Source of the DNA: the human T2T-CHM13v2.0 reference genome, Homo sapiens
NCBI RefSeq assembly: GCF_009914755.1
Contig: NC_060929.1
DNA length: 64,000 bases
Direction: 5' to 3' (one strand)
Part shown: piece by piece, positions 27,314 to 41,795 of the stretch
Layout: each line of letters starts with the position of its first letter
How positions within the stretch are numbered: the first letter of the stretch is position 1
The notes under the pieces: model-generated
What the model was told of the DNA's origin: nothing
What the model saw: the letters and a program-made list of their open reading frames with translations, nothing else
Databases searched by the model: none
Translations under genes and position numbers: made by a program

Positions 27314-30016
27314 GTTCCTGCCCAGCCTCTATGAGTGCTCTTTGCAGCACACTCAGGGCAGCTCACCCCACAGTCAGGGGCCCCGGCTGGTCCCACCATT
27401 CGAGAACCTGCTGGCTGCCTTATGGGCAGACACCATCCGCCCCTTCCTGACCCCTACTGTCCACCCCTCATCACCTCTCCCCTGCCTCCTCTCAGATACC
27501 CCTGCTCCCAGCCGCTCCCTGTCTGCTCCATCACTCACAGTGAGCTCCCTAAATTATGAATCTCAGTGTAGTGCCCCTGCTCAGGACCCTCCTCTGCCTC
27601 CCACGGCCGCCTGCACATAGGTAGCCCTGTGTCCATTTCCTGTGGCTGCCATAACACATCCCCACCAGCCTAGTGGCCAAACACAACACACGTTATTCCG
27701 TTGCAGTTCAGGAGGCCAGATGTCTGAGATCAAGGTGTTAGCAGGGCTGGTTCCTTCTGAAGGCTTCCAGAGAGCCTCCCTTTCCTTTACCTTTCCCCAC
27801 TTGTAGGCAGCCTGCATGCCTTGGCTCAGGGCCCCTCTCACATCACTCCAGCCTTTTGCTTCCAAGGTCACGTCACCTTCTGCTCTGCTGTAGTCAGCTC
27901 TCTCCCTCTACCTCCTTGTTAGAAAGACACTCGCAATTGCACGGAGGCCCGCCTGGGTAACCCATGCTACTCTCGAGCCTCAGCTCAAATTCCATAATGT
28001 CATCGAAACTGCAAAGTCCCTTTTGCCGCGTAAGGTAACGTTCTCAAGGGATTAGGATGTGGACACATTTGGGGGCCATTATTCAGCCTCCCACAAGTCC
28101 CAACCCTCTGGCCCGTCCTGATTTGGTCCCTGCCCCCTGTCCTGCTGCCTTTCCTGCCACCTCCCCAGGCCCAGCCACCATCCTCTGCCCCAGCCAGAAT
28201 AAACCACCCAGAGCTCAGTGAGAAGCATTTACCAAGGACTTGCCACCTGCCAGCACTGTTTGCAGTAGAGCAGTGAGAAAGGCTGAGGCCCTCTTCTCAT
28301 AGGAATGTTACTCTACAGCAGGCGTTGTCACGGCGTGGCCCCCGCCAGCAGGGGACTCCCAGAAACAGAGGAGCTGGCCTGGGCCGCCAGCCTTAATGAG
28401 TGGCAGAGCTAGGATTTGAGCCCGAGTCTCTCTGATCCCAAAGCCTAGACTCTAGGACGAAATGCTGTCTGGATTTGAACTTGGTCCTGTTTTTGACTAT
28501 CACCCCAGTGCTAGCCCTACAGATACCAGATAGGGAAAATGAGGCACAGGGAGGCAAGTGACCCGTCTGAGGTGTGAAGCAAGCTCAGGAGAGGCTGGGA
28601 GGAGAACCCTGTGTTTCTGGACCCCTGCCGAGGTCTCTTTGAGCCCTTTCCCCACCCATTCTCTTGTTCATGGTAATCTCCCAAGGCAGGAGATAATATT
28701 CATTAGCACCTGGGCTATCCCAGTCTCCGGGCGTGGCCCTTCCTCATGCCTGCACAGTCCCTGGGCCTTTGCCTGTGGCTTCAATACTCCTGATGCCTGG
28801 AGGGCTCCAGTCACAGCTGGTGCCTCCCCACTCCTTCCAGCTCTTCTTCTGTCCCTCAATCAGCCCAGCATCCCAACTGGCCCCTGACTAGCTCTCTGAA
28901 TTTGCTCTCCTTCCGTCTGAGAGGTTTTCAGGCATAAATTGGATTATACTCCACTTCTCCTATTGCTTAGAGTAAAACACCAAATTCTTATCCCTGTCTC
29001 CAAGGCCCTGCCCTGCCACGACCTCCTCTCCTGCCCCTCTGGCCCCCCTCAGCCCACATGGTGTCTAACCCCATGCAGGCTCCCCTCAGCCCAGGCCCCC
29101 TTCTTCCCCCTCTTGACTTACTTATCCTATTGGTTTAACGTCTGCTCCCCCTAGATCATAAGCTCCATAGGACAGGTCCCTGTCTGTGTTGTTCACTACT
29201 GGACCCTAACACGTGGCACTGTGCCTGGCACAGAACAGGCCCAGGAATATTGCTGATTGAATAAATGAATGAGTGGATGTCTTGTTATAGGCCCCCAGGA
29301 ACCCTGAGAAGTGAACCCACCCCCACTGTAGAGATTAGGAAACCACATCTGTAAGAGGGAAGTTCCAGAAACCTCGTAAGAACTCAGAGATTCCTGCTTC
29401 CCCTTTTTAGCTTGGATGTCACAATAAGTCTCCCTCCAAATACTGGCATCAGAGGCAGGCTTCCTGGCAGAATCCAGTACCAGCTCTGAATCATAGAACC
29501 TCGGGGTGGGAACAGACTAACCCCTCTCCAACTCCAGCACAGATGCGGGAAGGTGGTGCAACTTCTGCCCAATAGCACAGACAGCAAGCTTCTGAGTCAG
29601 GATGGGAATCCGGAGTTCCCAACAACCTGGACTGCATCCACAGCATCACCACGGCGTGTCCTGGTTTGGCCAGAAGTCAGGGGCACAGCTTGAGGAGCAA
29701 GGCTGACTTTGTCTTTTGCTCCAAATCCAATCTCAGAAGATGAGGCTGCAACCATGTGTCTGATACACACGCTTCTGAAGAAGAGCTGTTGCCCAGAAGA
29801 TCAGTTTCCTTAAGGGTCAGAATGTGTTCACCCCTTCAAGAGCCCCAGCTTGTTAACTTATACATCCAGCTTAGTGAAATGCTCCCTTTAGCACATGGTT
29901 TCAGCGTTCCTGCCCGGCCTCTATGAGTGCACTTTGCATTACACCCAGGGCAGCTCACCCCACAGTCAGGGGCCCCAGCTGGCCCCGCCACTCGGGAACC
30001 TGCTGGCTGCCTTGTG
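27314..30016 (+). repeat. Dispersed 111-bp direct repeat (27314-27424 and 29906-30016)
   Basis: Ungapped manual alignment with 11 mismatches in 111 bp. Confidence 0.93.
27628..28094 (-). mobile_element. MLT1 (C/D-like) MaLR solo LTR
   Basis: tgt...ggctgccataaca...ggccagatgtctgagatcaaggtg...gggattaggatgtggaca...ggggccattattcagcct...aca. Confidence 0.8.
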
Positions 30017-31379
30017 AAGCTGCTGCCCCATCTCACAGCTGCTGGGGGTGCTCTCCTGGGGTGTTGGAGGGTGGGTCTGCCTAGTATGAGCCATGGCCAC
30101 ACCATTTACAGGTTTGATAACCTCAGGCAAGTCACTCTCCAGTCTGAGCTGCAGCTTCCTTACTGTAAAATGCTGATAATCATCAGGCTTCCACGGAAAA
30201 TCAGAAAAGGTGTAAGGGGCGCAGACATTTAGCATCATTCCTGGCATGTGACAGGTACTTCAGCAAACGAGAATTTTCATTCCTCACCATCTATCTCTTT
30301 TTCTTGTTCCTGTCTGTCTGCCTGCCTGCCTGCCTGCCTTTTTCTTTCTTTCCATTTTATTATAACAGTTTTATCAAGCTACATTTGACATATTATAGGA
30401 TTCACCCGTTTAAAGTGGACAGTTGGGTGGTTTCTAGTATATTCATGGAGTTGTGCATCCACAATCACAATCCGTTTTAGAGCATTTCATCGCCCCCCAA
30501 AAGAAACCCTGCACCTCTGAGCTGACCCCCACACTCCCTGCGTTCTATTCCCTGCACCTTCACACCGAGGTGGCCACGCATCTGCTTTCGGCCTCTCTGG
30601 ATCTGCCTGTGTGACATTTCATGGAACAGGTGCTCTTCTGTGCCTGGCTCCCCTCACTTAGCATAACATTGCCACGGTGCTATCTTTATTTTCCGTCTTT
30701 TCTTCCTTCGTCCCTTTCTTCCATCCTTTTTGCTGTGATTTTTCCCTCCCGTCTGTTTCTCTTTCCTTCCCTTTCTTCCATCCAAGGGCCCATTTTTCCT
30801 TCCCCACGTGTTTGGGCTTTAGGGCAGCCCATGGCCTCTGCAGGCCCTGGGTGGAGAGCTTGAGGCTGCATCGTGGGCCGCCGGAGCCCAAATCCCTGCC
30901 CGCCCAGCTTCTCAGGGCCTGCACTTCTGCACAGCGGCCACGCGGCCACGCGGAGCAACGGCGCAAGCTCACAGTTAATCCTCTTCCTCTTTGTCTCTTC
31001 AGAGAGTTTGGGGAGTGAGAGCCCCTCCCACTCCTGGAGAGGAAGTCAGGGGAAGGAGAGCAGAGAGGAGGTGGGAAGCCCTTTACAGCCTCAAAAGTCA
31101 AGGAGAATAAATCGTGGCCCCCCAGGAGTCATTGAAAGGTAGAGAACCTTCCTGCATGGGTCTGGGGATGGTGACTGGAAGCCACTGGAGGCTCTGGCTT
31201 CTACCTGTGAACCCCTCCTTCCTCTCCCCTGCCCTGCCCTTGCCCTGATCTACACCTCCTGACTCCCTCTGAGCAAGTCTGAAGGCGCTGCCTTCCCAGG
31301 GACCGTGATGGGGCGGGAAGGGGCACCATGACTTTGGGGCCACTGCTAGTACATTTGTACCCTTAAGAAGGAGCACAGC

Positions 31380-31673
31380 GGCTGGGCGTGGTGGCTCATG
31401 CCTGTAATACCGGCGCTTTGGGAGGCTGAAGCAGGTGGACCACCTAAGGTCAGGAGTTTGAGACCACCCTGGCCAACATGGTGAAACCCCATCTCTACTA
31501 AAAATACAAAAATTAGCTGGGCGTGGTGGCATGTGCCTGTAATTCCAGCTGCTCAGGAGGCTGAGGCAGGAGAATCACTTGAACCTGGGAGGCGGAGGTT
31601 GCAGTGCACTCCAGCCTAGGTGACAGAGCAAGACTCCATCTCAAAAAAAAAAAGAAAAAAGAGAAAAAAAAAA
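31380..31673 (+). mobile_element. AluS with a right-arm deletion
   Basis: Dimer with TSD aaggagcacag. Confidence 0.93.
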
Positions 31674-31876
31674 GGAGCACAGAAAGGTGAACAAGTGAGG
31701 AAAAGGCCCTTCCTCCAGGGGACCCGGCCCCAGGGTGCACAGCCTGGCAAGCAGATGGAGGGCTGATTGCAGGCCCTTGACCCCTTCACCTGATGCTTTT
31801 GTGCAGAAAACGGCCTACACAACCGTATGGGGGCTGCATACTTTTGAGACCCTTCAGGAGACAGCCCGGCAAAAGG

Positions 31877-32177
31877 CAGGAGTTAGAAAGCTTTTCCTGC
31901 AAAGGGCCAGATAGTAAATATTTTAGGCTGTGCAGCCCATTCAATCCCTGTTGCAGTGCTGCAACTCTGCCCTTGTAGGGTGAAAGCAGCCACAGCCCGT
32001 ACATAAATGGATGGAGATGGCTGTGTTCTCATAAAACTGTATATTTATGAACACAAAAATTTGAGCGGCATATCATTTTCACAGGGTCACGAAATGTTAT
32101 TCTATTATTTTTCAACCATTTCAACAAAAACAGATGGTGGGCTCAATTTGCCTATGGGCTATCATTTGCCAACCCTG
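31877..32177 (-). mobile_element. MER58B
   Basis: aaagggccagatagtaaatattttaggct...tttgccaaccctg, reverse orientation of MER58. Confidence 0.8.
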
Positions 32178-35100
32178 GCGTGGGGGAAGAAATGTGTGCC
32201 ATTTCCAGCCCCTGGCTCTGTGACCTTGGGCAGGTGGCTTGCCCTCTCTGAGCCTCAGCTTGCTCATCTGCAAAATGGGGATAAAAATGCCTCCCTGAGA
32301 GAATTAGGATAAGATTTAGCACCGATTTATGCAAAGTGCCTGGCACAGAGCAAATGCTTAGTAAGTGGCAGCCTTTATTTATTTTTTTTCCCCATGGCCC
32401 ATTTGCCAAGGAGCAGCTGGAAAGTTCAGGGCAGGCTCTGTGGATTTATGTCTCAGCTGTGCTACTGAATTGTTCCAGGGGGGTCCTGACCCTAAGCCTG
32501 GTGCCCCCCATCTGAAAACGGGAGACTTGGATCGGTGTCCGGGGACCATTCCAATACTAACTATATATAAATACTTAACAACGGAGAGAGCGTGCCAACC
32601 CCCCAACTGTGTTGTGTCAAGAATCTTCTGGCAAGGGTGGTGAGGAACGTGTTTTTTATACTAATGAGTCGCTCAAAGTGTGGAGGCAAATTCGGTAAAG
32701 CGTGTCCGTGTCACGACTTGAGTTGCCAGTCCAGGAGCCAGGGGCAGGTGAGGGTGCAGGCTGGGCATAGGGCGGGACTGCAGAGAGAGCCCCAGCCATG
32801 GGGAGAGGAGACCAGACCAGACTTTCTCATTCCCCTGCCACAGATTGGCTGTGTGAGCTTGGAGAGATCGCATCCCTCTCTGAGTCCCAATTTCCCCATC
32901 TGTAAAAGAGAGCTAAGAATTCTGGCAGTTGTCCCTGTCCCTGAAGCAGCAGTGGTGAGTCACAGGGCTCCCTGTTTTGGGGGCTTCATTACGCTCGCAG
33001 TGGCTGTTTGTGGCAGAGCATTCAGAGGGTGGAAGGGGGTGTGCCTGCATTGCAGGGTGTGCACAGCCCTTGAGGCTCTCCTGGGGCATAAGGACCATTC
33101 CCTCCCCACCCTGCCTGGAGACAGGAAGTCGAGGTGGTCCCGACTGCCAAAAACTGGCACGTGGTGCTAGACAACCATCAGTGTGCCTGCTTCTCCTGTC
33201 TCTGATCCATGTAGAAATTTGCAGAAAGTAGCGAGGGCCTCACAGACGGGACGTCGCAGGTCCATGGAGGACACTCAGTCCCTCCTCACGTGAGGACTGA
33301 CCACATCCCTTTGTTACCCAGGGTGGGTGGACTGGCTGTCCCCAGTGCCCAGAGGATTCAAGGAACTTCTCCTTCTCATGCTGAATCTGGAGACGTAGAG
33401 TTTTAAAACTTACTGTGAAAATGGAAGATAAAATGGAAAGTCATAGAGAACCCCATGTCTGTTGCCATCCTTCCTATTCCCTGAAGTCACAGCTCTGTGC
33501 TCCCTTCCCATCTTGGTCCGGGTGCAGACATGGCCTTAATGTCATGGTGGTAAGAGGATGCACATGCTCTTGTTCTGCCCCGCTTTTGTTCCACCTGGTG
33601 TTCGTTCCTGAACAGGCTGCACATCTCTCCCTTTTGTGGCTGCTGAGTTTCCTGCCGTCTCCCCCATTCACTCATCCCTTACCAGACACTCTCGCAAGCT
33701 GGGAAGCTATTTGTGACATGGCAGTGGTCTGTTGCCAGAGCTCTGAAGGCTGACCTCCCCAATTTGCTGGCTGGCTGACCTGGAGCGAGTGACTTCCTCT
33801 CTCTCAAACTCTTGTGTCTTCTTCATCTGAAAAATGGGGCTGATCATTCCAGGGCCTCCCTCCCAGGGCTGGGGAAGGACCAATTGAGTGAGTGCCCTTG
33901 CCCCAGGAGTGGAGCTTGGCGCACACACCTGGCTGTGCCCAGGTGTAAGATACTTTGTTTTATTCTGCTCCGGGACCTCATAGGCCACCACTTCACAGAT
34001 GATGGAAAAACTTAAATTTTCCAGGTCAGGGAGCTCAGCCACTTCCAGTAGTAAACATGGTGGCTTTGGAAGCGGCATGCAGTCCGCACAGGCTTCTCTC
34101 CCCTCCCCACCTGCATCCCCCCAGTGTAAGTCCCCGGAGGCTGTCTGGCCCCAGTGGCATTCTCTGGGCCACTCCAGACCTGTCTTGTCAGCTTCTCTAT
34201 CCATGGCACCTGCGTGGACATAGTCGGCCGGCTCCTGGGCTCTCCCTGGCCCTATCCAAAGCCAGCTACATCCCCCTGCAGGCCTTGACCTCTGCTATGG
34301 GCCCCCACCCCTAGGACACCCTAGCAGGCAGTCCTCAAGGCTCAGCCATGTGCTCAGGCTCACCGTAGGCTCTGCGAGATTTTGACGATCTCCTGCAGCC
34401 CCTGTGGAGGAGAGGGAAGAGGAACTGGGGTGCAGCATGAGGCCTCCTAGCTGCTATTTCTGTTTCCCTACAGGGGCCCCTTCCTCTGAGACAGCCTTGT
34501 TCTGAGCCTCTGGATGGGAAGTGGAGCATAGCCTCTGTGCTTTCAGACCCCCCAAACTCACCTTCCAGTGACCCCAGCTCCTCTGCAATCTGGGTTTTCA
34601 CCCAACAGGAGAGTGTTGGGGGTAGGAAGCAGGGCCCAGCCTAGCATCTGACTCAGCCTACCACCCCACTCCTCAGGTGGTGCCACCTCCGCCCTGGGTG
34701 GTGGGGAACGGCTCACGGGGGCTCTTGCAAACCTAATGCACATTGACACTCTCTCCACCGTTTCTGTTTGGGACTTCAGAAATTGTCTCTGCCCTCACCT
34801 GCCATTGCTGCCTGAGTGGCGGGGCCCGTGCCGATGACACAGACAAGCCAGGGCCAGGAGCCATGCAGTCTTCTGGACTTTGCATTGCAAAGTCCAGCCC
34901 AGCCTGCCCCACCTGACAGGCATCTCATGCTGCCCAGCACGTTGACCCTCTCCCAACAACTACCTGGTAATTGTGACTGCTGACCATCGCCGCCCTGGTA
35001 ACGGTTGAGGCTGGTAGAGTCAGACTTCAGGGAGCTGGCTGACCTTGGGCACGCTGATTAACCTTGCCAAGCCTCGGTTTCTTCACTTGTCAAAGGGGAT

Positions 35101-36507
35101 GTTACTAGTACCTGTTTCAAAAAGTTGTTACAAGGATTAAAGGAGCGAATAATATAGAGGCTGGAGAACAGTGTCCGGCACCCAGTGAGCCCCAGAGGTC
35201 ACCAGCTCGCGCAGGAGTAGGTAGGAGAAAACCCTTCCCTATTGTTGCATCTGGCTGTTGTCTCCTCTTCACCCTATGATAAACATCTTCATGCAGGGAA
35301 CACTTTGTTTCTTTCAGATTATTTCCCTAGAAACGGAATTTCTGGAAACAGTTACTGGCTAAAGGGGAGGGGTATATGAAGCCTTGTGCTACACTTCCCC
35401 TCACTGTTTTCTAGACAGGCTGTGGGGGCCTCCCTGCTGCCAGCGACATCGGAAGGTTATTAGTTCCTCGAACCCACATCAGCAAGAGGGCCCTAGAAGT
35501 GCTGCGGGGGCAGCAAACTAAGGCAGAGGGTGTAGACCTCAAGGAGAAGGGGCCACCAGCATTTAAGGATGGGCCAGGGAACAGGGAAGAGGGGAGAGGA
35601 GTCTTCGAAGGGGCTGAGGAGGAACCATCTGAGAGGTGCCCAGGTCCAAGGCCTGAGCCAGTCAGAGGCTACAGAGCCAGTAAAGGTCTCAAACCAAAGA
35701 AACTGGCACGGCGATTCAGGGGCTACACCCAAGACACAGCGCTCAACAGCCCAGGTGATTCCCAGCTCTGCCAGGCACTGCTAAATGCCCAGGGGCAAAC
35801 AGCAGGCCTCTTTGAACCTCAGTTTCCCCATCTATGAAATGGGCATGACACTTTGCCTGCCTCACAGGGCTGGGATGTAATGAGGGATGGTGACTGACAT
35901 TGAGAATCACCTGTGTGTGAGCCACCGTTGGCATGAGTGGGCAGGGGCCTGGGAGTTTCCTTCAGTTTGAAAAAAACATTTCACAGTTTTAAGGAGAGGG
36001 TACGTCAAGTCAGCCCATCTCAAAGTGGCAGTTATTGAAAAGTTCGAGCAGCAGGGCAGGGTGAACACAGTCCAGGACTTGGGAGACCTGAGTGTGACCC
36101 CGATTCTGGAGCAGTGTGGGCCAACTCTGGGCCCCCTCTGAGCTCCGCCTTGTGCCTTATAAGGCAGGGAGCCCCCCACTTTGCCGTGGGGCCACCCTGG
36201 ACTTCTCAAGGCTCCACAACTCACTGTGAGTCCCGGGCAAGTGACTGAAGTTCTTTGGGCCAAGACTCCCTCATCTGTTAGAGAGAAGAACAGGATAAAT
36301 ATCTGTCATATCGATCATGTGGAGGTTGTAAAAGTTAAGTGACAGTGTGGATGTTAAGGGCCTCCTCCATGCACACTCTTGCGGTTTTATTGCCAGCAAT
36401 CCTAGGTCAGCAGCAGGAAGTGGATGGCAGGGAGGTGGGGGAGGGGCTCCGCAGGAAGTAGGGCTCCCACAACTTTGCTTCTTCCGTGGGACCTGCTGCA
36501 ACACACT

Positions 36508-36526
36508 CAGCGCCGCCTACTGGCCG
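36508..36526 (-). promoter_or_regulatory. Candidate CTCF site
   Basis: Minus strand reads CGGCCAGTAGGCGGCGCTG. Confidence 0.5.
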
Positions 36527-36958
36527 TGTGGCCCCCTTGCTGGCTCTTCTAACCTCTCCTTGCCTTAACTTCCCCTTCTATAAGACGGGGAGAATCTCAG
36601 CACCGCCCCATGGGGTTGGGGTGAGAAGGAACTGAGTTAAGACATAGAAAATGCTAGAGCCGGGCCGCAGTGCAGCAGGAGCTCAGCGGATGGTGGCCTC
36701 CCGTGGTAGCTCTTAGGGCTCAGCACAGGGTTTGCACCTAGCGGAGGTGGCAGGATCCCGGTCTCCCTGCTCACCAGCTGTGTGACCTCGGTCAGGGCGC
36801 TCAACCCCAGGGAAGGCCAGTCCCCTCTTCTGTTAAGTCCCCCGCTGGCATGACTGCTGGTGGGGGTGAGGGGTCCCAGGCTGAGCACACACTACATGCT
36901 CAAAGACAGTGCTGAGTCACACATTTCGCCTGAAGTTTTACCTTTAAAGAGGATGCCC

Positions 36959-37427
<469 letters not shown>

Positions 37428-38829
37428 TTAGTCCAGTCGTTGTTCAATTCCTGACACTCCCCTGCTCTACAGCCTTCAGTAGCTCCCCGGTGCCTGCCAG
37501 ATCACATACAAATTCCTCAATCAAGACCTTCATACTCCGACTACAGAATCCCTTTCTGCCTTTCTCATCTCTTCAGCCCCATACTTCTTCCTCTTCAGCT
37601 GAGATAGGCCATTCCCTGTTCTCAGAGCATATCCCACAGCTCAGGCTGCTCTCTGCCTGAAGAGCCTTGTCCACCTCCCCAAACACCCCTCATGGCAACA
37701 GGCCCAACTCAAATGCCACCTGCTCCATGGAGCCTCTTGTGAACTCCAGAGCCAGAAATGGCCATACAATCTTGCTGGTGCATGCCCACCCACACTCACA
37801 GGCAACACACCCATGCACACTCAGGCACTGGAGCGCACACACGCTCTTGCGTGCAAGCAGACCTGCCCCTGTGTGTAGTTTACACCTGTGCATACACTGG
37901 CACACCGACCTGCACACGCTCGCTTACAGGCTCACGTTATGCACACATGCAGTTTTGTTTTTACACTGCAGCAATTAACCCAAACATTTTATCACCCTTA
38001 AGTTGCTGGAGACCAGCAGCCCTGCCCAGATCATCTCCGTATCCCTCGTATTATCCGTCTGTGCCGTTTCGCCTAATCCATTTAGTCTGCCCCACAGGAA
38101 GCAGCATGTCACAGTGGGAGAGAATCATGCTTTGAAGTTGGATAGCCCTGGGTTCAGATTTGAGCGTTGCTACTGTGTGACCTGGGGCAGCTCTTACCTG
38201 CGTGGAGCCTCACGTTCATGGTCTGTTAAACGCACACACTTGTTCTCGCTTTATCGTGCCATTGAGACAGTTAAACAGAAAAAAAGATGCAAAACACCCA
38301 GCTCAGGCCCCAGAACACGAGCACTTAGTAAATGCTACTTCTTGCCAGTCGCTTATTCATTCACCAGCAAATCCAGGGATCCTGCTAGAGTCAAAGCCAA
38401 CCCCCTCCGTCTCGCAGCCTCCCGGTCAGGTCCGAGGCTATAGCTCATGAGTGTTCAGGGATATGTGTCCCAGGAGCTCCCTTATCAAAATTCCCTTTAT
38501 GGGCCTAAAGCTCCCAGACCCACACTTTCCCTTTGTCATGGAAAAAATGTAAAAGGGGTTAAGGCCTGTGACTGACAACTGTTGATCTCAAGTAAGTCCC
38601 ACGGGGTTCATTTCACCTCATTGGGTGCAAAAGCGAACCCAGAGTGTTTGCAAAGCCCTTGCTGGGAGTCTCCCCGGCCTGCTCAGCAACCTGCTCACGC
38701 TGCCTGTTAGCGCAGGATGAAGTGAGCCCTGCCTTGAAGGGACATCCCTGCCATTCGCACTGCCCCTCAGTCTCTTTCAAAGCAGATCCTGGGCCAGGCA
38801 AACCCTCTGTGCTTACTTCCAGAAAACCA

Positions 38830-38935
38830 GGAGAAGGCCGTGAGAAAAGAATTCCTTTCATGGGCAGAGGGCTGAAGTGTGGGGAGAAGGCCGTGAGAAA
38901 AGAATTCCTTTCATGGGCAGAGGGCTGAAGTGTGG
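38830..38935 (+). repeat. Perfect 53-bp tandem duplication
   Basis: ggagaaggccgtgagaaaagaattcctttcatgggcagagggctgaagtgtgg occurs twice in a row. Confidence 0.97.
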
Positions 38936-39218
38936 TCATTTGGGCATATTGGGTAATGTTGGTTTGTGGCAGAAAACAAGGGGGAATGAAAAGAACACTG
39001 TGATTGGTCTCCAGGTGACTTTCTGTCCTGAAATTTCCACCATGGCGTATTTTAAAACAACCAAAAAATAAGTATGGCCTAGAGAAAAGGGTCGCCTCCA
39101 ATTTTAGCAATAGCCTAAGGCAATGAGAAAGACCCCTGTGAGGTGGGTTGTGGCTGGCCCCAAGGGCAGGAGCCATCCCCTCTCCTCCCCAACCTCCTCC
39201 GCTTCCATTTCCTCTTAA

Positions 39219-39632
<414 letters not shown>

Positions 39633-40383
39633 ATCTACTGTCAGCTTTTAGGGACCCTCAGGGACAAAGCATTTACAAAGGAGGAGAAAGAGAAGGAGGA
39701 TTCCCTGAAATTTCAAAACATTCCACTTCTCCCATCTCATCTCATGGCTCTGACAGCCTCTTCTTCAGGACTGTCCCTGTTGTACAGATGTGGAGAGGGA
39801 CTGAAGAATGGAGAGAGACGGAGTTGTGTGAGACCCAGCAGCAGGGGATGAGGAAGGCTCAGACAGAACGCGGAACTCCTGGTTCCGAATCTCACACCTC
39901 CTCCTATTCACTCCTAGCATGCAGTTGCTGCTCAGATATTTGTTGAAGTGGTAAACCTCCCTCACTGTCTCCCTCAAGGGTTCCTGCCCACAAGGCTCTT
40001 ACAGGCTGGCGGTGAGAAGGTAGATGGTGAAATAAAGCCAGAAAGTGGGTACCGGCTACCGGAGACAGCCGGGGAGAAGCTGGACTGCCTCTGACCATCT
40101 GTGAATTTGGGAAGTTAGAAGACAGGAGAATCACTATCCAAAACACACATGAACACCTACTATAAACTTGGACAAGGTAGATGATGAAAGATCCAATGCC
40201 TGCCTTTATGACACTCCTGTTTAGTCCAGGAGACAGACAAGTAAGCTGACACCTAACCCAGGGACATAAGTGCCTCGGCAAAGGGGCTGCAGGAGCCAGG
40301 AGGGAACCAGTAATTCTGGGAGACCTCAGAGACAGCTGCCCAGAGGAGATGATACTGAACAGAATATTGAAACAGGAGAAATT

Positions 40384-40814
<431 letters not shown>

Positions 40815-41067
40815 TCACTTGTAGGATAAGCAGTGGAGGGAAATGGGAAGGGGCACTGGCATTCATCATCCATTGTCCTCACATTAGCCCTGTGAGGTCG
40901 TTATTATTAACTCATTTCACAGATGAGGAAACCGAGGCTCAGAGCGGGGCTGAGCAAAGCTACCCAAGCAGCTCTGAAACTGGGTCCTGTCCCCTGGTGG
41001 CTGAACATATTATAACACGGTCCATGTAAAAACACGGGAGTCAGATTCAAATGACATTTATTTAGGA

Positions 41068-41585
41068 ATATGATTAGTCTGAGCTCTCTTAACTGCAAGG
41101 AGCAGAAACCCAGTTAAAAGAGGATGGGGTTTGGGAGATAGGTAACTGACTCATAGAACTGAAGAGACTAAGAGTAGCTTCAAGCATGGTCGGACCCAAG
41201 GGCTCAAATGTCCTCAGGAATTTGTCTTTCTCCAACTTTCAACTCGGCTTCCCGCTCGGATTGCCGCTGTAATCCTCAGCCGGAGTCTTCCCATAGAGCC
41301 ACCAGCAGGTCCAAGCTTCTATCTTAACATCTTTGCAGACCCAAGGGAAAAGTATGTCCCTTTCCTACTATTCTAACAAAAAGCTCCAGGCTTTGGTTTC
41401 ATTGGATTGGGTCATGTGTCTATCCCTCAACCAACTGTCACGTGCCCAACCCTGAAGCCAGGGCAAAGGGAAATAGGTCAACTCCACCTAATCTACAAGG
41501 ACAAAAAGTGGGGAAGGTCGAATTCTGAAGAAGAATCAAGGTGCTGTTAGCATGAGAAGGGGAACTGAGGATGGAAATGTGAAAA
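41068..41585. mobile_element. Old MLT1 (J/K-like) LTR
   Basis: aactgcaagg...agaaaccca..., cattggattgggtcatgtgtctatccctcaaccaactgtca, aatcaaggtgctgttagca. Confidence 0.6.
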
Positions 41586-41758
41586 CGAGGTGTTTCTCAC
41601 AAACACTTACTGCTCGGCAGATATCGCGTTATACACACCTAGAACCCCGTTAACATCCGCTAAAATAGCTTCCAGTGTTCTGGCTCAGGGCAAAGACGGG
41701 CCGTGGGACCGTGAAGGGGGTTGAAGAAGATTAAACCTACTAGAATCTCTGCAAGTGG

Positions 41759-41795
41759 TAGGTTGGTGCAAAAGTAATTGCGGTTTTTGCCATTA
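41759..41795 (+). mobile_element. Half MADE1 / solo Hsmar1 terminal inverted repeat
   Basis: TAGGTTGGTGCAAAAGTAATTGCGGTTTTTGCCATTA matches the MADE1 left arm. Confidence 0.9.

Noticed and set aside
26508-27350. 280-aa antisense ORF with overlapping ORFs in several frames
   Set aside because: Non-ATG start, GC-rich stop-poor sequence, C-terminus runs into a MIR, and no recognisable domain.
37790-37955. CA/CG-rich alternating purine-pyrimidine tracts (also 13011-13043, 16060-16120, 48050-48100) as a repeat array
   Set aside because: Degenerate low-complexity microsatellite-like DNA with no fixed unit or spacer structure.
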